DNA from: Blasia pusilla | Taxonomy: Eukaryota | Length of the DNA: 64,000 nt | NCBI GenBank assembly: GCA_050084515.1 | Contig: CM114271.1 | Span: forward strand, 2,728,001-2,792,000 | Reading direction: 5' to 3' | Shown here: positions 28,408 through 43,497 of the stretch, in pieces | Layout: every line of letters starts with the position of its first letter | Position numbering within the stretch: the stretch's first letter is position 1 | Made by a program: the position numbers and the translations under genes | The notes under the pieces: generated by a model | Seen by the model: only the letters and a program-made list of their open reading frames with translations | Database searches by the model: none | What the model was told of the DNA's origin: nothing

Positions 28408-29780
28408 TGTCTCGTCATTTAGGATAGATCGATTAGTTTTGGTAAAGCGCCTTCGAGGAGATTGGACAGCCTCAAGAGGTCGAGATGACTAATTGAAGCC
28501 TCGAGTAACCTGAGAGACCACTTTTCCCTTTGTTTTGGCTCATTTGCAATTACATAGAAACAATCATTCTTTCAGGTAAGTTTTTATTAAGAATATAATT
28601 GATTCTCCACTTTAGTAAGTAGTCCTTGATCCCCTACAAGAGGTCAAGATCCAATGAGGTAACTTGCGAGCATAGGTTACCATGTAAAGTTTTTGGGAGA
28701 GGGAAGGGGATATATCGGAATAGAAGGGAACTTTGGAGCTCATTCTCTCTTTGTTGAACCTCTTGGTATGAGGTGGCAGAGCCATGGTCCTCCTTGTGTC
28801 GTGAGCAACTCAAGCCTCTTATGAGGAGAGTGGGTTTGGTTTGACTTAAGAGAGAGATGGAGTTTGTGTAAGAGCTTTTAAATGATCGTGATTTACAAAG
28901 ATCGTTTCGATGTTCAAATGCCATGAGTGAGTATGATATCTCGTGTGTTTGTATTAATAATCAGTGAAAACGATGTATGTTGTGTAGCGATGTGTATATG
29001 CAATAGAAGTTTCACTTCTATAAGGTTCAAAGAGATTCGGATTAGAAGGATTGATCACTTACTAAGGAAGGACTTCCTTTGCTCATTATGTATCTTCTCA
29101 CTTGATTGGAGGATTGGGTGTAGATTAAGTGGAGTGAGAGTATGTCATGTACTCTATTTTGATAATGACATCATGTGGAGTGAGAACATATAGACACATA
29201 TTACCATGGAGTCCTCGGGTTGGGGATTTTCATGGTAGATGAGACATTGGGCGAGATAGTATCAAGCCTTAGAGGGGTCGTTTACTTCCCTATTTGGAGA
29301 GGTCATATATGATCCTCTTATGAGGTGACCTACGAGTATAGGTCACCCTTCCTTTATGAGGAGTGGCAACCTTGTAGAGATTCACCCTCCCATCCTTTGT
29401 GTGGAGTCACTTGGGCCTACAAGGTTCGAGGGTAGTCAGTGGTTGGTCTTATGAGGGGACCATGTACGTAGTTGTTATAGAGTTAGTACCTTGTATACTC
29501 TAAGTTGTTAGTGACTTGCGAGGAGGAGTTTGCGTGTGTGTATAATTCACCCATGGAGATGCCTAGGGGGGGGGTATACATGGGATGAAACTCATTCAAA
29601 GCTCAACTTCCTTAGATCAAACCTATGTTGGGATCCGTGATACAATGCCAATTGCATTTATTGAACATGGATTCTTTCTTGAAGAGTGGGCTAGGATTGA
29701 TCGGAGATCACACATACATAGAGAGTATATTGCAACCTTTCTCCTTCTGTTACGCAGGAGAATGAAAGTTATATTACAAG
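28408..29780 (+). mobile_element. Decayed gypsy-type LTR related to the 6330-6854 segment
   Basis: Begins TGTCTCGTCATTTAGGATAGATCG. 28408-28850 aligns with the reverse complement of 6380-6854 (shared pseudo-translation QTKPTLLxRGL...QEVQQRENEL). The right boundary is approximate. Confidence 0.6.
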
Positions 29781-30079
29781 TGATTCTCAATCGTGGATAT
29801 GAATCATGACCCTAGTAAAAACAAACTCACTCCTTCGTGTTAATTAATTTTCCTGTGTTAGTATAAATGTTTGTTTTCCTAACGTGTTACTCCCCGTGGT
29901 GCCGTATTACTTCCTTTGTTTTATGGCTCTCTTGCCTCTCAAAGCCACGCCGTGATGATCATGTTAATGTGAACGTCGTGCTTTTGTTCTCCTTCTGTGT
30001 GACTCCCGTTTTGCTTCCCCAAGCAGTGTCTCCTTATGTGTCCAAACCCAAAACCACAAATCGGGCCGCATATTGGTTT

Positions 30080-33000
30080 TGTGAGAAAACATAAAGTGAG
30101 GAAATCACTGAAACCTTTACAAAACTTAGCGATACAAAGTGGCCTAGTCCGTCCGTGCGCTCACACAAGAGCTTTGATGGAACCTAAACATAGAGATAAC
30201 TCGACATACGAGAATGCGCTACCGCTGCGGCTCCCGACTATTTGACTACTCGGGAAAACTAGGGTTTTTACCTATTTTTCTTCATTTCTATTAATAGAAA
30301 AAATAGGGTTAGATAAACCTAGTAACGCTACTCCTAAAACCACCTACGTCATATTACTATGATTCCTTCGACGTCTAAGTCGGAACCATCAATCTAGGCT
30401 TCTCCTCATACAAGGGGACCGATCAGATTAATGGTGCTTAGAGAAGTGGATGTTGAGAATCCAACACCCCCCCTCAATATCCACTCTCATGTGGACTACT
30501 GTCTTGGACCCATGCCAAGACCCCTCAGATGTCGGTGAAGCTGATCTCCACTCAAAGCTTTCATGAAGATGTCTGCACGGTTATCCTCTGTTGGACAATA
30601 GACTAACTTCAAAACCTCTATCTCGATCAATTCACGAACAAAGTGATAATGGATCTCTATGTGCTTCGTACGAGCATGAAACACATGATTATGTGCTATG
30701 GAAATGCAACTCTGATTGTCACACCACATTACAGTAGCATTTTCTGGTGCTTCTCCTATGTCCTCCAATATCCATCTCAACCATACTGTTTCACATGAAG
30801 CATAACAAGCCACCTTGTACTCTGCCTCGGTAGAAGAAAGAGCCACTATAGGTTGCTTCTTGCTGACCCATGACACCACACCTGATCCTACCAAGAAGCA
30901 ATAACCCGAAACTGATCTTCGAGAATCTGAATCTCCTGCCCAATCCAAGTCACAAAAACTTGTCATTTCCGTCCCTGCTCCATAGGTGATGGCGTACTCG
31001 ATAGTGTGCATTTGATGTACTTCAACACATGCATCCTTGCCTTCCAATGGTTCTCACGAGGCTTAGTTGAGAACCTACTCAACACTCCCACAGCGAAGCT
31101 AATGTGTGGTCTGGTGTTATACAAAAATATCAAACTGCCTACAAGCTTTATGTACAACTTTTCATCTACCAATGGTGAAACATCCTCCATTGAGAGTTTC
31201 AACTCTACCTCCATTGGCAAGACCACTACCTTACACTCGGTCATCCCAAATGCCTTCAAGATTTCTCTAGCATACTTCTGCTGAGAGAGAGAAATAGATT
31301 ATGACTGTTGCCAAATTTCGAGCCCTATAAAGTAGTGCAGAAGACCTAAATCTGACATTTCAAACTCAGATTTCAACACTCCCTTCATTTCCTCTATTTT
31401 CTTACTTTGGTCTCCTGTGATGATAAGATCATCCACATACAGGACTATGAATATATACATCCTATCTTCGCAAAACACATACAAATTTGCTTCTGACGGA
31501 CTCTTGATGAGATCCTTATCTCGAAAGAATGTATCTATTCGTTGATACCATGTCCTTGGGGCCTGCTTCAACCCATACAATGCTCGATGAAGTAAACAAA
31601 CTTTCTCTTCTGATCCGAGTGTCTCAAAACTTGGTGGTTGAGAAACATATACCTCCTCCTTGAGACTCCCATTCAGAAAGGCAGACTTCACATCGTATTG
31701 GTATACATGCCAACGTCTTGTTCCTGCAACCGCTAGAACAATTCAAATGGTTGTCATCCTTGCAGTAGGAGCAAAAGTCTCATAGTAGTCAAAACCTTCG
31801 ATTTGTGAGCATCCTTGTGCAACCAACCTCGCTTTGAATTTATCCAATGTACCGTCCGACTTGTAGTTGGTCTTGTACACCCACTTGGTGCGTATTATCT
31901 TCCTATCCTTTGGCTTTTCAACCAAAGTCCAAGTTTCATTTCTTTGAATAGCGTCCATCTCCATCTGCATGGCCTCTCTCCATTGAGGATGAGCAAGGGC
32001 CTCATCCAAGCATGATGGCTCTTCCACCTTCAAGACCTCTGTCATCAAGGCCATGTTGACGAGATGTGCGAAAGCTCTATTATGCTCCTCTAGTCTCTTG
32101 GATCTCCTTGGATGTGTAACAACTTCATCAGTGGCTGGTGGATCCTTACTATCCAAGAGTTGCTTTATCCACTTAGGGTATGACGACTGTAGTGGAAGAG
32201 CAAGTTGCTCTTTGTAATCATCATCAAATTCTTCTTCTTGATGATCTGGTGTAAACATTGGTGGTGTGCTCTGGTGGGTTATCTCTTCGTTTGATGATAA
32301 TGTGGACGGACCACTGATATTCGCCACTTGACAAGGCTGTTCCTGGAACACCACATCACGACTCACAAGCATCTTCTTTTCCTCAGGACACCAAAGGCGA
32401 TAAGATTTAGACTCATCACTGTATCCCATAAAGATGCACTTCCTGCTCTTGGACTCGAGCTTGGTCTTGGATGCTTCAGGAATATCTACAAAATACTCAT
32501 TACCAAAAGTCCTGAAATGTTGGATTGATAGTACCTTACCTGAGTATGATTGATGAGGAGTCATGCCTTGTACTGACTTGGTAGCACTTCTATTTAGAAT
32601 GTATACGGCAATATTAACAGCTCCAGCCCAAAATCCTTCTGTCAAACCTTTTGCTTTCATCACACATCTTGCCATCTCCACCATTGTACGGTTTCGACGC
32701 TCAACAACTCCATTTTGTTGTGGTGTATGTGCTGTGGTTAATTGTCGCTTGATTCCATGCTCCCCCAAATATTTGTTGAATTCTGTTGATAAGAATTCTC
32801 CTCCTTGATCGGTGCAAAGCTTTTGTACCTTCTTTCCTGTATCATTCTCAACCAGCTTGTGCCATACTTTAAATTTTCCAAAAGCACTTGCCTTATCACG
32901 AAGGAAATACACGCACATCTTCCTACTATAATCGTCGACAACTAAAAAGAAGTAGGAAGAACCACCTAATGCCACTGTTCTCATTTTACCACAGAGATCA

Positions 33001-34992
33001 GCATGTATCAACTCTAGAGGAGCCTTTGCTATATTGCTGGACTCTTGTGGAAATGGTTGTCGGTGTTGCTTGCCCATCATACAAGCTTCAAAAGTATCCG
33101 ACACTCCAATAATTGTTGGTAAATCAGCAACCATGCCAGATTTCTGCATCTGACTTAGTAAGGGAAAGCTTATGTGACCAAATCTTTCATGCCACAACTT
33201 ACTGCTACTAAGATCTCTACCTACACTTGTCGTGAAAGCATACAACTCGTAGATATTTCCACGTCGTATACCTTCACCCACTACTTTCCCATTGGCATCC
33301 TCAATGACTGCTCTAGTTTTCTTGAAACGAACTTCTAGGTCACGATCACATAATACTGCCACTGAAATCAAATTTCGCTTCAACTAAAAGTGCACAAGGT
33401 ACATTAGTTAACTTCTTTTCATCTCCTTTTTGTGAGACTAAAGAAATTGTGCTTTTCCCTTCTACAGGGCAATTTGCATTATTCCCAACAGTAACAACCA
33501 TGGGATCCTGTAGAGGCTGTAAGGAGCTATACCAATCCTTATGATTGGTCATATGCCTAGATGCTCCACTATTGAGCACACATGCATCTTCACTCTTTGA
33601 CTTAGTGGAATATTCTGTGTATGTGCAAAACTCTTTTATTGCTACCCAAACATCTACTTCTTGTTCTCCTAGTTCTACAGAATTTCCAAACTCCTTCTTA
33701 GGTCTTAAACAACGTTCTTCTCATCCTGACTCCTCTTTCTACAATCTTTGATAAGATGACCTAGCTTACCACAATAAAAGCATTTGAAGGCTTTTCTTGG
33801 AAATTTCTTCTTGACATTTGAATTGTAATCATGATTTCTACCTCTCTGTACGTTGGCAATAAATGCTGCATCATTTCCCTCTCTTGCTTTGAAGCGCATT
33901 TCCTCTTCTACTAACATCGCACTAAATTGTTCAAAAGTAAGCGGCGTGGGTCTTACTTGAGTATTCAGTGCAGTGACCAAACTGTCATACCTTGGAGGCA
34001 AAATCCTTATGCACTGACGAGCCAAATCTTCGTTAGACTTTGAAATTCCTACACACGCCATATGATCTTGAAGATTCTTGAACCTTATCAAAAATTGCTC
34101 CGCGCTTTCTCCTTCTGAAAATTTCTCAGACGTAAGCTGATTCTCCAGATTCTGAATCCGAGTCTCATTCCTCGTTTCATACTGATTCTTCAAAATATTC
34201 CACGCCTCAACAACAGTGGTTGTATGTTGAATGAGAGTCATGACAGAATCAGTTACATTCGTGACAATCGCATATAGAGCATCGGCATTTCTGCGTCTCC
34301 ATGCCAACAATACAATAGGATCGATATCCCCAAATGAAGATATCCCTTGTGGCCGTTTCCCAAATCTCAAATGATTCGAGGACAGTTCTCATTTTGAACT
34401 TCCACAACGTATAGTTAGATCCTTCTAACTTCCCTTCACCCAGCGGAGGAGGGCGAGCATGAACTGACGAAGAAGTAGCCATCTCTCAAGATTTTGTGCA
34501 AACACACTAGATCGCCAGATACAAAATATTGGAAAACCTATTGCTCTGATACCATGTGAGATAACAGAAAGTGACAAAATCAGTGAAATCTTTACAAAAC
34601 TTAGAGATACATAGCGGCCTAGTTCGTCCGTGCGCTCACAGAAGAGCTTCGATGGAACCTGAACATGGAGATAACTCGACATACGAGAATGCGCTACCGC
34701 TGCGGCTCCTGACTAGTTGACTCCTCGGGAAAACTAGGGTTTTACCTATTTTTCTTCGTTTCTATTAATAGAAATTTTTTTGCATCTAACCCTATATTGC
34801 ATCAGGGTGCGGGGCACCGTGATGCAACATAGGGTTAGATAAACATAGTAACGTTACTCCTAAAACCACCTACGTCATATTACTATGATTCCTTCGACGT
34901 CTAAGTCGGAACCATCAATCTAGGCTTCTTCTCATACAAGGGGGCCGATCAGATTAATGGTGCTTAGAGAAGTGGATGTTGAGAATCCAACA
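30080..34992 (-). mobile_element. Full-length Ty1/copia retrotransposon (4913 bp), coding region disrupted
   Basis: LTRs 34555-34992 and 30080-30466 (TG..CA), 5-bp TSD GGTTT on both sides, PBS TGGTATCAGAGC at 34543-34554, PPT at 30467-30476. Domains: gag with CFYCGKLGHLIKDC, protease (LNSGASRHM), integrase (TPQQNGVVERRNRT), RT (LYVDDLII), RNase H (DWAGD...SSTEAEY...KHIEI). Several frameshifts and stops. Confidence 0.97.
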
Positions 34993-35324
34993 GGTTTTAC
35001 ATTATCTAAGTTGTGTAAGCCAAAAACTATATCAATTTTATTGGGATGAACTTTCAATAACTCATAATATGATTGGAATTGAGTAAATGTTATGGCTTCA
35101 GGAAGGGATGGTTTGTTACAATGCAGAAGAGTTGGATGTATACAAGGCACAAAAGGATTTTTATAGAGATAATTCATACTGTGAGGAGAGTTGCGAAGAT
35201 GCAAATAAGGCCCTAATAATGCAGATCCCTTCATTGCATTTATGAAATTGTTTGGTCATGACATATTGGGAAACAATATGAAAAAATTAATGAAACATTA
35301 AAACACATGAAACCATGCACTATA

Positions 35325-35720
35325 GCAAAAGGATATGGAGAACGAAGCAACAAGAGACATGGATTTACACACAAAGGATACGGAGAAGTGAAACAATAAG
35401 AACATGGATTTACATGCACAAAGAATATGGAGAAATGAAGTAACAAAAGAAATGAATTTTTGCACCCAAAGGGTACGGAGAAATGAAGCAACAAAAGACC
35501 CAAATTTACACACCAAAAGGATATGGAGATTTGTTTTAAAGATATTGATTTATAAAATTTGTTTTATGAAGAAATGAAAAAAACAAAAGAAATTAGATTT
35601 ACACACAAAGTATACGGAGAAATAAAACAACAAAAGACATGGATTTCTACACCGAAGGGATATAGAGAAATGTAGCGACAATAGACATGGGTTTCTACAC
35701 ACAAAGCATATGAAAATGGG
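35325..35720. repeat. Degenerate ~47-bp minisatellite
   Basis: Recurrent unit of about AAAGGATA(T/C)GGAGAAATGAAGCAACAAAAGACATGGATTT(CT)ACACAC, roughly 7-8 imperfect copies. Confidence 0.75.
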
Positions 35721-36407
35721 ATGGTAAAATTGAAGTAAAAGATGCAATAGCTATATGATGGACATACAAATGATTAGTCGACACTTGTGCAATGTCCATG
35801 CGTCTACTAATCCACTGTTAATTTGAAAAGGGGTGTCCACTATCCATACAATGTATTGATATCCACTACTAAATTATTTCGTGCAAAACACGAGATAACC
35901 TATAATAATGAGAGATAAATGAAATCCATGACTAATGGATTAACTAATCCTAATAAAATTATGAATGGACGTTTCACAATTATTTCTATTTCTACGCAGG
36001 TATTCTATATAGGACATGAGGTGTTTGAAAGAATTTATATTATTATTGGAAAATACCTCTATGCACTAGGCAGAAAAAAATGTTTCACATCTTAAGAACA
36101 ACAAGAGAATATTTTGAATTTGTGTGCAATATCATTAATTCCTTCATTTCACAAATTATATATTGATTAAAGTTCTTCAAATATTTTTTATTTCTCGTGC
36201 ATTTCGAATACTTACTAGTATAAATTATTATTGGAGAATATTTTCTTCATTTGTAAACATATTTGGTTGACATTCGACAACCAAACAACAAAATAATATA
36301 GGGAATAATATATGATTTTATAATTCCCACGAGTATATAATATAGGGAATAATATATGATTTTATAATTCTCACGAGTATATAATAATTTGTAACTTGGC
36401 CCCCTCC

Positions 36408-36439
36408 TTAGGGTTTAGGTCCTTCTCACTTAGGGTTTT
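36408..36439 (-). promoter_or_regulatory. Two telo-boxes (AAACCCTAA) upstream of NOP16
   Basis: TTAGGGTTT at ~36408 and ~36430 on +. Telo-boxes are established promoter/5'UTR elements of plant translation and ribosome-biogenesis genes. Confidence 0.55.
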
Positions 36440-36479
36440 GCATCAACTCTTCACCAAAGAGATCTCCTTCGGCCGCAGC

Positions 36480-36985
36480 GAAAGCTGTAGGAGTTGTTGG
36501 AGCGAGAGGTGCAGGAGTTGTGTGCGCGAAGGATGCAAGAGCAGTTGCACGAATCGTGGGAGCTGCAGGAGTTGTTGGAGCGAGAGGTGCTGGAATTGTT
36601 TGTGCGAAAGGGGCAGGAGGAGTAGTTGTGGGAGCGAGAGGTGGTGGAATTGTTTGTGCGAAAGGTGCAGGAGGAGTAGTTGTGGGAGCGAGAGGCGCAG
36701 GAGTTGTCGGAGAGAGAGCTGCTGGAAGTGTTTGTGCGAAAGGTGCAGGAGGAGTAGTTGTGGGAGCGAGAGGCGCAGGAATTGTTGGAGCGAGAGCTAC
36801 TGGAATTGTTTGTGCGAAAGGTGCAGGAGGAGGAGTTGTGGGAGCGAGAGGCGCAGGAATTGTTGGAGCGATAGGTGCAAGACTTTTTGGAGCGAGACGT
36901 TCAAGGAGTTTTGGAGCGAGAGGTGCAGGAGTGGTTGGACGAGAGGTGCAGGAATTGTGGGAGCGAGAGGCGAAGGAGTTACTGA
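36480..36985. repeat. Purine-rich minisatellite of 24/27-nt units (GGTGCAGGA[GGA]GT(T/A)GTTG(T)GGAGCGAGA)
   Basis: About 20 imperfect units with a higher-order pattern, lying between the telo-boxes and the NOP16 ATG. Confidence 0.9.
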
Positions 36986-37045
36986 AGGCGTCCCTGGACA
37001 GACGACGGAGAGAGAGGAAGGGGAGGGAGATCGATTCGAGCGAGG

Positions 37046-38305
<1,260 letters not shown>

Positions 38306-39627
38306 TGTACCTTGGGAACTTGCATGGACATGTTGGTCATGATTGCAAAGAATGACAGCCAGAAAAGTCGGTGTCACTGTTATCACGTTCATTATGGGGA
38401 GACACTGACACCTGTGACACTTTCTTCTACGAGGCTGGATGAGAGGTCAATGGAAGCATCAGAGATACACCAACGCCTGAATAATATGAGGGTGTCCCGT
38501 CTCCTGAGGTGAAGAATGAGGGGAGTAACGTGTATGGTATTTTCATAGGCCATAGTCCACGTGGTCACAAAGACTATGGCCTGGATTTTGTTCTTTGCTG
38601 TCAGCGAGTATCAGGTGTGAAAGGCTGATCTTGTGGTACTTGGTGGCAGTCTCCATCTACCGGGGCTTCCTTTTTGTCACCTCTTTCAGCATCCGAGAAC
38701 TTCTTTAGTAAATCACATGGCTGGTACTGTTTATCACCGGCAGGTGCATTTACCACCCTGAAAGTAGTCAATTCACTGTCAACAACCTGAGGATAGTCAG
38801 CTGGTTCTGTACACCTTATGATATCAGGTTCCTGGTGTCATGGAAGTGTTCAGTGCTCTGAAACACCAGTTGATAGCAGTTCTGGGGAAAATGTCTTGGC
38901 TCATGGAATTAAAATTAGAGTAGTCGCAGAGTAATTTTGGTCGTTCAACATATGAGTGGATGAGGAATGATCCATACGGACTAGTGTATATTTGACACCC
39001 AAAGGGTGTTGTGAGCACATACACCATGTGGACAGGATATTTGGGAAAAATATTCAGTCTACAATTAAATGTTGCAAACGTGTGAAAATGACAGGTTTTT
39101 GCCACTTGTTGCTACAGACAGTCTAGGGTGATTAAGTGAGGTCTGTTTATGAATAGACATGACAATCAATGCTGTAAACTTGGCCACACTCTTCCCTGCA
39201 AAACCTTACTGTAATATTTTGCAGAGACAAGTGAATGTAATGGTATTGAAAAAGCATTCCTTTTTTTTAACGAAAGGAAAGGTCATCTTTACGACTCAAC
39301 AGCTCGTGCTCATGTTTTAGTTGCTCTTGACTAAATGTTAGTGATATGCAATCCAGCGATGCAGGCTACTGATGCCCGACTCCATAGGATATGGTTGGTG
39401 TGGAGGTAGTTGATGTGCCTGATTAATGTCGGAGTTACATTTATACCAACCATGAGCTGAGGAAGGATTTGTTGACTGAGGGACGAGGGGACTGGCAGAG
39501 GTGACATCAGATATAGTTACGTGTTAAAGTTGAGATAGGATTTATTCAGTTAACGATTGTGGGACAAGGGGAGTGGAAAAGATAACTTGGATAATTTATG
39601 TACTAGATGAGTATTGTTAGAGGAGAC

Positions 39628-39743
39628 ATCCCTCAGTAAATATATCTTTTCAACTCATCTATAGATGGCATCCCTCAGTAAATATATCTCTTCAACTCAT
39701 CTATAGATGGCATCCCTCAGTAAATATATCTCTTCAACTCATA
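39628..39743. repeat. ~42-bp tandem repeat, ~2.7 copies
   Basis: CATCCCTCAGTAAATATATCTCTTCAACTCATCTATAGATGG repeated almost perfectly. Confidence 0.9.
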
Positions 39744-40850
39744 TATTACTGTAAGGAAGTGTATATACAATTTATATATATATATTATTATATTGTATAA
39801 ATTCGTTCTCGTTTCCTTTAGCAGAATATTGTAAGCACTGCCTCCTTCAACTCTTAGTGAAAATTGGGTGGGCCGCAGTTTCGAATAAATGAATCAGCTC
39901 ACCTTACACTTTTCCTTTAATTCATTTTTCACAGTTGAAATTTCCGTGGTTTACACGAGGTTTAAAGTTTCTATCGAAAGATAGCTAGCTGGACTAATAA
40001 TGAGGCGAAAGAAAGAAGCTGCAGAGGCCAATGTTACTATGTCCAGTATCAATACAAAACAAAATTACTAAGTCTCCAAATCTTAGTAGACCCTGCATGT
40101 GGGGACAAAGGCTTGAAAAGTGGGGACAAAGGCTTGAAAAGACTTTACTAGTCAAGTTGTACTTTATATTATTACTGGCAACCTCGTATACCAAATAATG
40201 AGAGAACAAGAGACAGATAAAATTAAGAATTATATTATGAAAAATTTAAAGATATTACTTAAAATTAATTAATAGTATAATTAATAAAGATTACCTCGGT
40301 GGAAGAAAAAAAACTTATTCAAATTGTAATGAAAAAAGGCTCTGGTTTTGGGGTTTTTAAGATATACTAAGGGTTGGGAAAAAGGTCGGAGAACCTTGTC
40401 TTAGAAGACGAATACGGTGGGAGAAACTCGTGCGTGGAGAAGAAGACTACTACAACAAGCACAACATCGAGAAGAAGAGTGTAACATTGCGTGGAGAAGA
40501 AGAGTAACACTGCATGGAGAAGAAGAATATTGCGAACAAAGTTACTCCCTGCGGGAGTACTTAATTGGGGAGATGTCCCCAAGGGATCCAACTTTGTTGG
40601 ATAGACCGTAGGCGGACTCAAGAAGGTTACAACCATGTAGTAAGGTTTAACTAAGCAGTTACAGATAATATGTGATCATCTTTCCAACCCTACTAGTTGC
40701 CCTCTTCACTAATGACTACTCTGTTTACCACCAACATTTGTTTCCAAATCTTTGTACAGGATGAACAGGGAAAGTCACCCATGACATTGCCTGTAATGCT
40801 ATCTTGGAGATGGAGGCGCACATTTCCCTCATTGACAAGGTGATATATTC

Positions 40851-43497
40851 TCAAAATCTGTAGTTCTCTTTCATGTAGAGCACAGCTTCTTGCTGCACAA
40901 TTCACAAATGTTACCAAATAACAAGATTAATAACGTACTCAATTGAATTGGACTATGATCCACTCTGAAGAATCATGACTGATTTAGGCCTTTGATACAA
41001 TCCTCAAATATGTCTAGTTTTCTGGAACTTCAGCTATGTTGCTGTTTTTAGAGCAGAAAACGAAGTGATTGAGCAAAGCGTTCATAAATGCGGATATGGG
41101 GCATCAAGTGAGATTCTTAAGGTTTCCTATCAACAGAAGCCTTGGCTCCATTACATCAATGACCCAAGGACCAGCACAACGGCAAATGACAAAACAGCAA
41201 CATGAGTGAGTGCTAGCCTGGTAACTGAAATGTATCTATGAGCACATGGAGAGTCCTCCCATTCCATCCAACCTAACGTTCTCATCTTTCTTTGTGATTT
41301 ATTTCTATGTAGTCAGCCGTGGGGAGTATTTTTTTCAGCTTTTTTGTTCTCAGCTTGCACTGAGGTATGATGAACATCCGATCAAAGCTTGCAGGCCACA
41401 GAGATGTAGAAGGTGGTGTTAGACTCACCAGAAGAAACAGGAACAAGCACCCAATCACACCAGGGAAAAGCACAAACCACCATTGCAACCGATGGAGCTT
41501 CGAGGCATCGAGCAGTAACAGTGGTAAGCCTGCAGCTGCGTGGCAAGTCCACAATAATCTGCAGTAAGAAGTCATCTCAATGGCAACAACCATTTCTAAC
41601 CAGCATAAGCTTCCAATTCCAAGCCACATTGGAACCAAAGGCCCTAATGTGGGTGTTGTGCAGCAAGAGTAAACACAATTACAGCAGTAAGGTAGTAGCC
41701 ATACTAATATTAGCAAAAACCCTTCTTTTCCAGACCAAAACCCTTCTTTTCAATGGCTATTTGCCATCTAGCAAAATTGGTATGAGTTGAGATATGCATT
41801 TGGCCATTACAGCTTAGGACAGATACCACATCCACTCTCACAACCCTCTTAAAACCCAACTAAACTGCAATTTTCCAGAATCTGCAGATCGGTGGATGAT
41901 TTTGAACAGGTCTGACCACCCACTTTTCTGATTTGTTTCCCTGTAAACTTCTACATCCTCCATGTGAGGCGCACTATACAAGCACGTCATGCGAAGCAAG
42001 GGGAGAAGCATACCAGGGGGATGGATGGATCCTGTATATTGCATGAAAGCTATGGCTGCTGACAGAGCTACAGCTCTAGCGATCCAGCCGGGCCCAAAGA
42101 TGGCGAGCGCAACAACACCCAAGGCAGCACATCCCATGTGTGATATAAAGACGTTGTACTTCTGCAAAGAACGCACACTGTCACCTTTGTTCCTCGTTCA
42201 TTGATGCATTAGCACACCCTGTCTGCTTGAGTTAGCTCTCAGCACCCACCTGTGATGCTGGTGCTTTGGGTAGCGCAAATAATAGTGTACAAACAGCACC
42301 AAAGGACCCTAAAGTGAAGCTCAGGCCCTTAGGAGCCAGCACCGAATCTACATATCCCATAGCCGCCATTGCCATAAATCCACCTGCAGTCACAGCACCA
42401 GCATTTCCAACAGTTTCTTATTTTGGTGTATCCCTTGTCTACCAGAAATTACCATCCATCTTCATGGATAGTGGATCTAGCTTATTCTCATGTTTCTTTC
42501 TAGTAATCGCTTGTTCATACCCTGCTCAAGCAGCTGTAGGGTATGTAATGAGTGCAATAAGTCCATTATTGGACGTCCAAAATGGCCCTGAGACCATTCG
42601 CTGTGCATGATATGAACCTGGAGTTCGCATGAACCAGCAGCCATAGTAGCGTTAAATGTGGGACATTTTGTTCCTTCGCTTCGGGGGCTGAAATCATGTA
42701 TCAGCAAAGGACTTTGGGATTATTTTCCGAGAGACGTACATTACGAATGCTGATGCACAGAACCCACGTCAAATTTCAACTTCCACAGACATCGCAATGC
42801 TAATTATCAAACTACCGGTCAGATTGGATTATCGCTTGCTTGTTCCCATTTCACAACTACTTTGCACTTGCACAATGTTCAGTCCACGAAATTCCGATAC
42901 AGAAATCTTCCCCCAATTCAAATAGCGCGAACTCCTAATTCAACCACAATAGATTCCATTAAAAAGTGTCTGAGTCCATGACGACAAACCAAATTTCCGC
43001 GATAGGAATTCACGTCTGAAAGTTCAGGAATGATCTCTAATCCAACTGCCAGTGGTGTGACGTCCACACGGAATCCCAATCAATTCGGATCATTGAGTGG
43101 ACGAGTGAAAAAGAATTTTAGAAAGGCCAAATTTTCAGCATTGCAATCCTTCAATGAGTCCCAATTGAGAGGGACGAATCCAGGAATTCTTCAGCAGAGA
43201 GTAGATGACTGCACACGCACCTAACGATGGCCACACAATATCGCTAAGTCTTGGAGGAGCCTGCGAACCGCCGAGACGGGCGAGGAGGTCGCTCAAACCG
43301 CCCTGTGGCTGGGAGTTAGGCAGCGGCATGGCGGCGTCATTGGCAGCTGCGACAGCGCCGCTGCGACCGGGCACGCGGCGCGGCTGCAACAACTTCTCAA
43401 TCTTGCGAGGCCGAAGAAGTCCACCCTGCCGCCGCGGATGGAGGAGGTGTGCAGCAGGAAGACATGAAACTCCCGCTGCTACCACGAACATCGCCAT
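40851..43497 (-). CDS. HPP-family integral membrane protein (plastid nitrite transporter NITR2-like), 5 exons, 235 aa
   Basis: Exons 43221-43497, 42250-42383, 42014-42161, 41429-41535, 40851-40892; GT-AG, in frame. Transit-peptide-like N-terminus, SDIVWPSLGGF, GSFGAVCTLLFALPKAPASQKYNVF, signature GSIHPPAAGLPLL, C-terminus YMKENYRF. Confidence 0.92.

Noticed and set aside
35325-35720. Possible CRISPR-like array
   Set aside because: Degenerate tandem units without unique spacers, in a eukaryotic context with no cas genes.
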